Of a DNA stretch of 32,000 bases, positions 20,736-29,681 are shown in pieces (position 1 is the stretch's first letter; each line of letters starts with the position of its first letter). Below the pieces are notes generated by a model, which saw only the letters and a program-made list of their open reading frames with translations, had not been told where the DNA came from and ran no database searches. A program made the position numbers and the translations under genes. The stretch covers positions 240,001-272,000 of the forward strand of contig NC_002528.1 of assembly GCF_000009605.1 (NCBI RefSeq), written 5' to 3'. This DNA is from Buchnera aphidicola str. APS (Acyrthosiphon pisum) (GTDB taxonomy: Bacteria; Pseudomonadota; Gammaproteobacteria; Enterobacterales; Enterobacteriaceae).

Positions 20736-20968
20736 AAAATTTTATACCATGAATATTTTTATATAAATAAAATTTAAATGTATATCAAATAATAACATTA
20801 TTAATCCATTAAAAAAATATTTTTTTTTACTAAATAAGTTTATAAAAAGTATAAGAAAATAAGTGTATTTTTGAATTTTATTGTTACTTAATAGTATCTC
20901 TTAACTTGCAAGTATTTTAAAAAACTTTATAAAAAAAGAGATTTATTGTAGGGAAAATTATAATAATA

Positions 20969-22822
20969 ATGTTAATAAAAAATTTTTTTATAGCTTTTTT
21001 GATGTTTTTTAGTATTTTAGTTCATGCGGAAAATAAATTTATTGTAAAGGATATTCAGTTCAAAGGATTAAAAAATTTTTCGCAAAATGAAGCATTAAAA
21101 AACATTCCTTTTAGGATTGGAAGTACAATATCTCAATATGATGTAAAAAATAGTATCAAATCTTTGTTTAAAACGGGAAAATTTGAAGATATTAAAGTGT
21201 CATTTTTAGGAAAAACTATTGTCTTTAATATTAGAGAAAGACCGATTATTTCTAACGTCATTGTTTCTGGTAACCATATTATTGCCAGTTCTGTTTTAGA
21301 TCCGTATCTAAAAAAATTAAATATTGAAACAGGAAAATCATTTAATAATTTTTTTACTAATGTATTAACTAAAACGATAAAAGATTTCTATCTTGATATT
21401 GGGAGATGCAAACCCGATATAAAAATATTAAAAATTTTTTCTAAAAACAACAGTGTTAGTATAAAAATACTCATTAATGAAGGAACAGAAATAAAAATTA
21501 ATAGTATTAAAATACTCGGCGTTCAAGCCTTTTCTAAAGAAAAAATTCTTTCATTATTCAAATTGCAAGATTATCATTCTTGGTGGAATTTATTAAGTAA
21601 ATCTACTTATTCTCCAAAAGAATTAAATAATGATTTAGAACATTTAAAAAATTTTTATTTGAGTAATGGGTATTATTATTTTAATGTAAACACTAAAAAA
21701 GTAGATTTTTTGCAAGATAAAAAACAGGTGGATATCACAATAGGTGTTTCTGAAGGAAAGAAATACAAAATTTCCAATTTTTTTGTCAATGGAAATTTAT
21801 TCCCATATCAAAAATTAATTACAAATTTAATTAATATTAATCCTAATGAATTTTATAATCGAGACAAAATTGATATTATAGTAAATAAAATAACAAGATT
21901 TTTATCTGAATATGGATATGTTAATACTAAAGTTATAGTTGACCCGCAAATTGATCATAAAAAGAAAACAATAGCCTTAAATTTTAATATTGATATGAAA
22001 AAACGTTATTTTGTAAAAAGAATTTATTTTACAGGGAATGAAATAACTCAAGATAGAGTTTTACGTCGTAAAATTAAACAAATGGAAGGTAAATATTTTA
22101 ATACAAAATTAGTAGAATTAGGTAAAAAACTATTAGAAAAAACAAAATATTTTAGTGATGTAAAAATCATTCAAAAATTAAATTCTTATGATTCTAATCA
22201 AATTGATATTACCTATCAAGTTAAAGAACAGACTACTGGTTCTATAAATTTTGGTTTAGGATATGGAGTAGATAGTGGTACCAGTTTTAATCTTGCTTTT
22301 TCTCAAGATAATATATTTGGTTCTGGAAATTCTTTAAAAGTCGATATTATTAAAAATGATTATCAAAAATACCTTGATATATCAACAAGTTATCCATATT
22401 TTTTTTATAATAATGCAGATTTAAATGCCAGATTTTTTTACAATGATTTTAAATATAATTTTGACAATATTTCGAATATTATAAAAAATACATATGGTTT
22501 TGAAGGTAATTTGGGATTTTTAATTAATAATTATAATAAGGTAAATTTTGGATTTGGATATACACATAATAGTATTAATAATGAAGAGAAAAAAATACAT
22601 GGTAAGTTTACAGGTGAATTAAATATAAATAAATTGTATTATTTTGTAGGTGTAGACGATACTCGTTTTAAAAAAATCGCAATACCAGGTGATCAAATAT
22701 TTATAAAAGTAACTATTTTAAAATCTAATAAAAATATTTTAATTTTTAAAAATATAGCTGTAGTAAATAATGATATTATTTGTAAATCTAAAATTGTTTT
22801 TGCTAAAAAATACTTATTTTAA
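20969..22822 (+). CDS. bamA: chimeric ORF: BamA (signal peptide, five POTRA domains, about the first 115 residues of the beta-barrel) fused in frame to a FabZ C-terminal remnant; probably a decaying bamA
   Basis: aa 1-~538 are collinear with E. coli BamA residues 1-~540, ending at TGSINFGLGYG...NFGFGYTHNSINN against TGSFNFGIGYG...RAGLGYVHNSLSNM. The remaining ~270 barrel residues are absent and the ORF continues as FabZ-like sequence. 617 aa, against about 810 in E. coli. Confidence 0.85.
   Translation: MLIKNFFIAFLMFFSILVHAENKFIVKDIQFKGLKNFSQNEALKNIPFRIGSTISQYDVKNSIKSLFKTGKFEDIKVSFLGKTIVFNIRERPIISNVIVSGNHIIASSVLDPYLKKLNIETGKSFNNFFTNVLTKTIKDFYLDIGRCKPDIKILKIFSKNNSVSIKILINEGTEIKINSIKILGVQAFSKEKILSLFKLQDYHSWWNLLSKSTYSPKELNNDLEHLKNFYLSNGYYYFNVNTKKVDFLQDKKQVDITIGVSEGKKYKISNFFVNGNLFPYQKLITNLININPNEFYNRDKIDIIVNKITRFLSEYGYVNTKVIVDPQIDHKKKTIALNFNIDMKKRYFVKRIYFTGNEITQDRVLRRKIKQMEGKYFNTKLVELGKKLLEKTKYFSDVKIIQKLNSYDSNQIDITYQVKEQTTGSINFGLGYGVDSGTSFNLAFSQDNIFGSGNSLKVDIIKNDYQKYLDISTSYPYFFYNNADLNARFFYNDFKYNFDNISNIIKNTYGFEGNLGFLINNYNKVNFGFGYTHNSINNEEKKIHGKFTGELNINKLYYFVGVDDTRFKKIAIPGDQIFIKVTILKSNKNILIFKNIAVVNNDIICKSKIVFAKKYLF
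22595..22822 (+). pseudogene. fabZ: 3' remnant of fabZ (last ~76 codons of 3-hydroxyacyl-ACP dehydratase), lacking the catalytic N-terminal half
   Basis: KIHGKFTGELNINKLYYFVGVDDTRFKKIAIPGDQIFIKVTILKSNKNILIFKNIAVVNNDIICKSKIVFAKKYLF* aligns without gaps to the recalled E. coli FabZ C-terminus [76 protein letters not shown]. About 29 of 76 positions are identical and both stop at the same position. The 5' boundary is approximate (22580-22603). Confidence 0.8.
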
Positions 22823-22858
22823 AAACATATATTTACATATAAATTTCCGGAAAAATAT

Positions 22859-25800
22859 ATGAATGAACCAAAATTTATTCATCTTCATGTACATAGTGAT
22901 TACTCAATGATTGATGGATTATCAAAACCTGAAGATTTAGTTAAAAAAGCAGCATCTTTAAATATGCCGGCTATAGCTATAACTGATTACAATAATTTAT
23001 ATGGTGTAATTAAATTTTATAATATGGCTCATAAACTAGGTTTAAAACCTATTATTGGTATTACAGTAAATTTTTTTTCTGATTTGATAAATAATCAATT
23101 AACAAAATTAACTTTATTAGCCTCCACTCAGGAAGGATATAAAAATTTAATTTTATTAATTTCTCGTGCATATCAAAAGGGATATGTTCATAATAATCAT
23201 GTTACTATTGAAAAAAAATGGTTTTCAGAAATTAACAAAGGATTAATATTACTTTCTGGTGGCCCTCAGGGTGAACTTGGAAAAGTTTTGCTTAATGGTC
23301 AATCATCATTGATATCTATTTGTTTGTCATTTTATCAAAAGTATTTTCCGGATTCTTACTATTTAGAATTATTTCGTACAAACCGAGATAATGAAGAGAC
23401 ATATTTACATTTAGCTGTAGATTTATCTTTATCTACAGGAGTTCCTATTGTTGCTACTAATGATGTTTGTTTTTTAAGTCAAGAAGATTTTAAAATTCAT
23501 AAAATTAGAATTGCTATCAATGAAGGTGAAATATTACAACATTCTAAAATTCAAAATAATTATAGCAACCAGCAATTTTTAAAAACTACGGAAGAAATGT
23601 CTGATCTTTTTTCAGATATTCCAGAAGCACTTATAAATAGTGTAGAAATTGCAAAACGCTGCAATGTATTTATACATTCCGGAAAATATTTTTTACCTCA
23701 GTTTCGAACTGGAAAAATAAGTGTTGAAAAATATTTAATTAAAGAAGCTTATAAAGGTATAAAAAAAAGATTAAACTCAAGATATCTAGATATTGAAAAA
23801 TATAAAGATATTTACAGTCAGTATATCAACCGTTTAGATATGGAATTAACTGTAATTAACAAAATGGGTTTTCCTGGATATTTTTTAATTGTTATGGAAT
23901 TTATACAATGGGCAAAAGATAATAATATACCAGTAGGACCAGGACGAGGTTCTGGTGCAGGTTCTCTTGTAGCATATGCTTTAAATATCACAGAAGTAGA
24001 TCCATTATCTTTTAATCTTTTATTTGAAAGGTTTTTAAATCCAGAACGTATTTCTATGCCTGATTTTGATATTGATTTTTGTATGGAAAAACGTGATCAA
24101 GTAATTGATCATGTTTCAGAGATATATGGTAAAAATGCAGTAGCACAAATTATTACCTTTGGAACATTAACTGCAAAAGCTGTTATTAGAGATGTAGGTC
24201 GAGTTTTAGGATATCCATATGGATTTATTAATAAACTATCTAAGTTAGTACCTTTAGATCCCGGGATAACTTTAAAAGAAGCTTTTTCCAAGGAATCTGA
24301 ATTATTCAATTTATATAAAAATAATGAAGATGTTAAAAATTTAATTGATATTGCTAAAAAATTAGAGGGTACAAATAGAAATATTGGCAAACACGCAGGG
24401 GGAGTGGTTATTTCACCTACTAAAATTACTGATTTTTGTCCATTATACTGTGATGAAAAGGGAAATAATCCAGTAACTCAATTTGATAAAAATGATATAG
24501 AATATATAGGATTAGTAAAATTTGATTTTCTTGGTTTACGCACACTAACTATTATTAGCTATGCGGTAGAAATGATTAATACAAAATTAAATCTGAATAA
24601 AAAAAGAACAATAAATATTAATTCAATTCCTCTTGATGACGCTAAATGTTTTAAATTATTAAAAAATTCTGAAACTACTGGTGTGTTTCAATTAGAATCT
24701 TATGGGATGAAAGATTTAATTAAAAGATTACAACCTGATTGTTTTGAAGACATGATCGCTTTGGTTGCACTTTTTAGACCAGGTCCTCTACAATCTGGAA
24801 TGGTCGATAATTTTATTAATCGAAAACATGGACGTGAGAACATTTCATATCCCGATCATAAATGGCAACATATATTATTAAAACCTATATTAGAATCAAC
24901 ATATGGAATTATATTATACCAAGAACAAGTAATGGAAATAGCTCAAGTTTTGTCAGGTTATACATTAGGTAGTGCAGACATTTTAAGACGAGCTATGAGC
25001 AAGAAAAATTTAAAAGATATGTCAGAACAACGTGCTATATTTGAAGAAGGAGCCTCAAATAATGGTATCGATAAAAAATTATCTATAAAAATTTTTGATT
25101 TACTAGAAAAATTTGCAGGATATGGATTTAATAAATCTCATTCTGTAGCTTATGCTCTAGTTTCCTATCAAACTTTATGGTTGAAATCACATTATCCTGC
25201 GGAATTTATAGCTGCAGCTATGACATCTGATATAGATAATACAGAAAAAATTGTTATTTTAATTAATGAATCTCTAAATATGGGGGTAAAAATTATCCCT
25301 CCAAACATTAATTTAAGTAAATATGAATTTTATGTAAATGATCAAGGTGATATAGTTTATGGTCTTGGTGCTATCAAGGGTATAGGCAAAAATTCAGTGC
25401 AAGTTCTTATTAAAGAACGTGAAGAAAATAAATTTTTTCATGACTTATTTGATCTTTGTATGCGAATTGATTCTCAAAAGATAACCCGTAGAGTTTTAGA
25501 AAAATTAATTATGTCTGGTAGTTGTGATTGTTTTGATAAAAATAGAAATTATTTACTTCAATCAATTGATGATGCTATAAATGCGTCAAAAGAATCTTTT
25601 AGAATAAAGTCTTTTAAACAAGATAGTCTTTTTGGTATTTTTCAAAATGAGTTAAATCAAGTAAAAAAAAATAATCTTGTTAATTTAGTCTGCCCTGAAA
25701 AAAATAAATTACAAAACGAATATCAAGTATTGGGATTTTATCTTACAGGACATCCTATCAATCAATATAAGAAAGAATTAGAATGTTATGTAAATGGTGT

Positions 25801-26344
25801 AAAATTATCACAGTTAAAATTCATCAAAAGAAACAAGAAAATTTTAGTAGCAGGAATAATTGTTTCTATCAAAATAAAAATAACAAAAAATAAGAATCGT
25901 ATAGCTATTTTGGTATTGGACGATAATACTAGCCGTTTAGAAGTTGTGATTTTTACAGAATTATTAAATGCATATGAGTCTCTTGTAAAATTAAACAAAC
26001 TATTGTTTGTTCACGGTATGTTAAATGTCAGTTTCATTGATAAAAATATTAAAATGACGGCCTATGCACTTATAGATTTAAGTGTTTTGAGAAAAAAATA
26101 CATAAATAAACTAATAATTATATTAAATAAAGAGAAAACAAACATATTTTTTTTAAATAATTTATACGAATGTTTAGATAAACAATCTAAAGGTAATATT
26201 CCTGTTTTTATTTTTTTCGATAATAAAGAAGTATGTTTAAATAAAAAATTAAATAAAAAATGGTTTGTTGTAATTACTGATGATTTTTTAAATAAATTAA
26301 AATTTTTAGTAGGATCTAAAAACATAGAATTAAAATTTAATTAA
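22859..26344 (+). CDS. dnaE: DNA polymerase III alpha subunit
   Basis: 1161-aa ORF (E. coli 1160). It has the PHP domain FIHLHVHSDYSMIDG, the polymerase core PDFDIDFC and GLVKFDFLGLRTLT, and an OB-fold C-terminus. Confidence 0.98.
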   Translation: MNEPKFIHLHVHSDYSMIDGLSKPEDLVKKAASLNMPAIAITDYNNLYGVIKFYNMAHKLGLKPIIGITVNFFSDLINNQLTKLTLLASTQEGYKNLILLISRAYQKGYVHNNHVTIEKKWFSEINKGLILLSGGPQGELGKVLLNGQSSLISICLSFYQKYFPDSYYLELFRTNRDNEETYLHLAVDLSLSTGVPIVATNDVCFLSQEDFKIHKIRIAINEGEILQHSKIQNNYSNQQFLKTTEEMSDLFSDIPEALINSVEIAKRCNVFIHSGKYFLPQFRTGKISVEKYLIKEAYKGIKKRLNSRYLDIEKYKDIYSQYINRLDMELTVINKMGFPGYFLIVMEFIQWAKDNNIPVGPGRGSGAGSLVAYALNITEVDPLSFNLLFERFLNPERISMPDFDIDFCMEKRDQVIDHVSEIYGKNAVAQIITFGTLTAKAVIRDVGRVLGYPYGFINKLSKLVPLDPGITLKEAFSKESELFNLYKNNEDVKNLIDIAKKLEGTNRNIGKHAGGVVISPTKITDFCPLYCDEKGNNPVTQFDKNDIEYIGLVKFDFLGLRTLTIISYAVEMINTKLNLNKKRTININSIPLDDAKCFKLLKNSETTGVFQLESYGMKDLIKRLQPDCFEDMIALVALFRPGPLQSGMVDNFINRKHGRENISYPDHKWQHILLKPILESTYGIILYQEQVMEIAQVLSGYTLGSADILRRAMSKKNLKDMSEQRAIFEEGASNNGIDKKLSIKIFDLLEKFAGYGFNKSHSVAYALVSYQTLWLKSHYPAEFIAAAMTSDIDNTEKIVILINESLNMGVKIIPPNINLSKYEFYVNDQGDIVYGLGAIKGIGKNSVQVLIKEREENKFFHDLFDLCMRIDSQKITRRVLEKLIMSGSCDCFDKNRNYLLQSIDDAINASKESFRIKSFKQDSLFGIFQNELNQVKKNNLVNLVCPEKNKLQNEYQVLGFYLTGHPINQYKKELECYVNGVKLSQLKFIKRNKKILVAGIIVSIKIKITKNKNRIAILVLDDNTSRLEVVIFTELLNAYESLVKLNKLLFVHGMLNVSFIDKNIKMTAYALIDLSVLRKKYINKLIIILNKEKTNIFFLNNLYECLDKQSKGNIPVFIFFDNKEVCLNKKLNKKWFVVITDDFLNKLKFLVGSKNIELKFN

Positions 26345-26378
26345 TAAAAAATTTTTGATATTATAAAATAAAATTTTA

Positions 26379-26403
26379 ATCAAATTTTTTAAAAAAATTT
26401 GAT
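26379..26403. repeat. 25-nt perfect palindrome (ATCAAATTTTTT A AAAAAATTTGAT) between convergent dnaE and proS; possible weak bidirectional terminator
   Basis: The 12-nt arms are exact reverse complements around the central A at 26391. The sequence is almost all A/T, so a hairpin would be weak and chance occurrence is plausible. Confidence 0.35.
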
Positions 26404-26471
26404 CAATAATATTGTCAAGTAGAAATACGGTTTTTAACTAGTTATTTTTTAGATTCAATAGTTTTGCACCT

Positions 26472-28190
26472 TTACTTTTTAAGTTTTTGGATAATAAAAT
26501 TTTTTATATCTTTTATATTAATTAAAATATTTTCCTTATTTTTTCTTTCGCGATATTCAACATTATCGTAGTTAATTGAACGTTTGCTTATAATAATTTG
26601 ATGTGGAATACCAATTAAATCGACTTCATTAAACATAACTCCCGGTCTTTCATCTCTATCGTCTAATATAACGTCTATACCAGTTTTTTTAAACTTTTTA
26701 TATAAAAAGTGTGCTATTATTTTGATTTTATTATCTTTTTTCATATTTATAGGTAAAATAACTACTTCAAAAGGTGCGATAGAATCTGGCCAAATAATAC
26801 CATTTTTATCGTGATGTTGTTCGATAACAGCAGCTGCGATGCGCGTTATGCCTATTCCATAACATCCCATATATAGATTTTTTAGATTACCATTTTTTAT
26901 CTTTACAGACTGTTGTATTTTTCTAGAATATTTTTGTCCAAGTTGAAATATATGACCAATTTCAATGCTTTGTTTTATATTTAAATATCCTGAACCATTA
27001 GGACTCAAATCATTTTTTGTTACTTTTCTAATATCTTTAAATATAGGCATCGGCAAATCAATATTCCAATTTACGTTGATAAAAAAATGTTTATTAATAT
27101 TTGAACCAATAGTAAAATTTTTCATATTAAAAGTAGAAATATCAGCAATAATGGGAACTTTTAATCCCAAAGGTCCTAAGAATTCTTTTTTTACTCCAAT
27201 TAGTGAAATGACTTCTTTTTCATTAAGAAATACTAAAGGTTTATTAATTATATCAATTTTTTCTACTTTAAAAAAATTCAATTCATGATCTCCTCGTATT
27301 AATAATGCAGCTATTGAAGTAATATCATTTATTTTGGTTTGAATTAAAAAAGTTTGAATTTGATTAATTAATGGTGTGTTTAATTTTTCAGACATTATTA
27401 TAGATTTTTTGGTGTTTGTTTTATTTTTAATCAAACAGGATGAATATTTTTTTTTAAAAAAATCAATTGTTTCTATAGATTCAGCCATATTCATGTTTGA
27501 AGAATATAACTTATCATTAGAAAACACTATTTCATCTTCTCCATTTTGAGAGAAAGCTTGAAATTCATGTGAAATATTGCCTCCCATAGAACCTGAATCA
27601 GCTTTTACTGCACAAAAATTTAAATTCATTTTTTTAAATATATTTATATAACTATCATAAAATTTATTATAAGTATTTTCTAAACAGCTTTGATTAATAT
27701 GAAAAGAATAAGCATCTTTCATAGTAAATTCACGTGTTCTAATAATTCCAAAACGCGGTCGTATTTCATCTCTAAATTTTGTTTGTATTTGATATACAGT
27801 TAAGGGAAGTTGTTTATATGAATGAATTTCAGAACCAATAAAATTAGTAACAACTTCTTCATTGGTGGGACCTAAAATAAATTGGTTTTTACGCCGATCA
27901 AGAAATCTTAATAGTTCTTCTCCATATAGATTTAAACGTCGGCTTTCTTTCCATAAATATTCAGGTTGTATAATAGGCATCAATATTTCTAATGCATTTA
28001 TTTTTTCCATTTCTGTCGTAATAATATTTTTTATTTTTTTTAGGACTCTCATTCCAGTTGGCAGCCAAACATATAAACCTGAAGATGTTTTTCTAATCAT
28101 ACCGCTTCTTATCATTAGTTGATGACTAATAATTTTTGCGTCGTAGGGTATGTCTTTTGAAGTTGATAATAAATATTGACTTGTAAGCAT
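26472..28190 (-). CDS. proS: proline--tRNA ligase
   Basis: 572-aa ORF, the same length as E. coli ProRS, so the inserted editing-domain length is retained. It has class II motifs (FRDEIRPRFGIIRTREFTMKDAYSF and GCYGIGITRIAAAVIEQHHD). Confidence 0.96.
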   Translation of the reverse strand: MLTSQYLLSTSKDIPYDAKIISHQLMIRSGMIRKTSSGLYVWLPTGMRVLKKIKNIITTEMEKINALEILMPIIQPEYLWKESRRLNLYGEELLRFLDRRKNQFILGPTNEEVVTNFIGSEIHSYKQLPLTVYQIQTKFRDEIRPRFGIIRTREFTMKDAYSFHINQSCLENTYNKFYDSYINIFKKMNLNFCAVKADSGSMGGNISHEFQAFSQNGEDEIVFSNDKLYSSNMNMAESIETIDFFKKKYSSCLIKNKTNTKKSIIMSEKLNTPLINQIQTFLIQTKINDITSIAALLIRGDHELNFFKVEKIDIINKPLVFLNEKEVISLIGVKKEFLGPLGLKVPIIADISTFNMKNFTIGSNINKHFFINVNWNIDLPMPIFKDIRKVTKNDLSPNGSGYLNIKQSIEIGHIFQLGQKYSRKIQQSVKIKNGNLKNLYMGCYGIGITRIAAAVIEQHHDKNGIIWPDSIAPFEVVILPINMKKDNKIKIIAHFLYKKFKKTGIDVILDDRDERPGVMFNEVDLIGIPHQIIISKRSINYDNVEYRERKNKENILINIKDIKNFIIQKLKK

Positions 28191-28529
28191 CTTTTAAACT
28201 CTCAAAAATAAAAATTTTTTTATTAAAAATAGAATTGTATGTTTAAAAAAATTTGTTTTTGCATAGTAAATTTAATTTTACTATATGATAAGATCTTTTC
28301 TTAAATAATTTATTTAAAGTTAATATATATCAAAAATATAAATATATAGAATTTTCAATTATCATAAAAATGATATTTTTTTAAAAAAATAAAGATCAAT
28401 ATATTATGTTAATATTTTTAAAAAATAGATCAAGTCTGGTTGTTTCTTTAGCAAAATTAACTTGTTTTTTTTTTAGTACAGAGGTTTAATGAATTTTTTA
28501 TGTATAAATAGTGGTTAAAAATATTTACA

Positions 28530-29681
28530 ATGAATCATAATACAAATGAAGAAAAAACAGAACATCCCACAGAGCATCGCATCAGAAAATTTCGTAAAAA
28601 AGGAAAAACAAGATATTCTAGGGAATTGAGTTCTTTATTTATTTTGTTAGTTGGTTTTATAAATTTATGGTGGTATAGAGATTTAATTGTTTTAAATTTT
28701 AGTAAAATAATGTCCGATAGTTTTCTTTTTGAAAGTAATGATTTTTTAAATAACAACAATAATTTATTAAAAATATTAATGTCTCTAAAAGAGATACTAT
28801 TTTCTTTTTTTCCATTTTTAATATCTTTATTAATTGTAATTATCATACCTCCTATACTTTTTAGTGGAATCAGTCTAAATTTCAGATCATTAACCTTAAA
28901 TTTTTCCAAGTTAAATCCATTTCATGGTTTTAAGAGACTTTTTTCTTTTCAAATAATAGTGGAATTTTTTAAGATAATACTAAAATTATTTATAGTGAGT
29001 ATTATATCTTTTTGGTATTTACAGTTTTCTTTTTCTGAAATTTTATTTTTAGTTAATGCAAATTATGTATCTTCATTATCACATGGATATAATATAATTT
29101 TTTCTTGTTGTTTTTTAGTTATACTAGGCTTATTTCCTATTGTTTTTTTTGATATAGCTTGGCAGCAATTTAACTACTATAAAAAATTAAAAATGACTCG
29201 TCAAGAAATGAGGGATGAATTAAAAGAAAAAGAAGGAAATCCAAATATAAAAATGCGGATTCGTCAAGCAATGAAAGCTGTTATGCGCAGAAGAATGATT
29301 ATCAATACTCCTAAAGCTGATGTAATTATCACTAATCCTATACATTATTCTGTTGCATTAAAATATGATGAAAAAAACATGAATGCACCTAAAGTTATAG
29401 CTAAAGGTATAGGAGAGGCTGCCATCAAAATACAAAATTTAGCTCTTAAACATAATATTTCTATTATCTCTGTACCATCATTAGCTCGTTCATTATACCG
29501 TTATTCCGAAATAGGACAGTATATTCCAGGTCCTCTTTATAAAGCTGTTGCAGAAGTTTTAGCATGGGTTTGGAAAGTGCGCAAATGGAAAAAAGAAGGA
29601 GGTATTTTCCCTGAAAAACCTATCAATATATCAGTCCCATCAGAATTAACGTTCACAGGAGAACATGAAACTAATGATTAA
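28530..29681 (+). CDS. flhB: flagellar type III export apparatus switch protein FlhB
   Basis: 383-aa ORF (E. coli 382). The N-terminus EKTEHPTEHRIRKFRKKGKTRYSRELSS, four TM segments and MTRQEMRDELKEKEGNPNIK are as expected. The autocleavage motif position reads NPIH (29334-29345) rather than NPTH. Confidence 0.95.
   Translation: MNHNTNEEKTEHPTEHRIRKFRKKGKTRYSRELSSLFILLVGFINLWWYRDLIVLNFSKIMSDSFLFESNDFLNNNNNLLKILMSLKEILFSFFPFLISLLIVIIIPPILFSGISLNFRSLTLNFSKLNPFHGFKRLFSFQIIVEFFKIILKLFIVSIISFWYLQFSFSEILFLVNANYVSSLSHGYNIIFSCCFLVILGLFPIVFFDIAWQQFNYYKKLKMTRQEMRDELKEKEGNPNIKMRIRQAMKAVMRRRMIINTPKADVIITNPIHYSVALKYDEKNMNAPKVIAKGIGEAAIKIQNLALKHNISIISVPSLARSLYRYSEIGQYIPGPLYKAVAEVLAWVWKVRKWKKEGGIFPEKPINISVPSELTFTGEHETND

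Noticed and set aside
28262-28287. An 8-bp A/T inverted repeat (ATAGTAAA tttaat TTTACTAT) in the proS-flhB spacer, plus similar A/T-only near-palindromes after rpsB (about 16312-16345) and in the ilvI upstream region (about 10693-10706).
   Set aside because: They are short, all A/T, and expected by chance at this base composition. No adjacent T-run or conserved promoter elements support them.
28406-28489. A 27-codon ORF (MLIFLKNRSSLVVSLAKLTCFFFSTEV*) just upstream of flhB, and a 21-codon ORF starting near 28239.
   Set aside because: They have no SD, no recognisable similarity (for example to CheZ, which precedes flhB in E. coli) and a composition typical of random A/T-rich sequence. They are too short to support without expression data.
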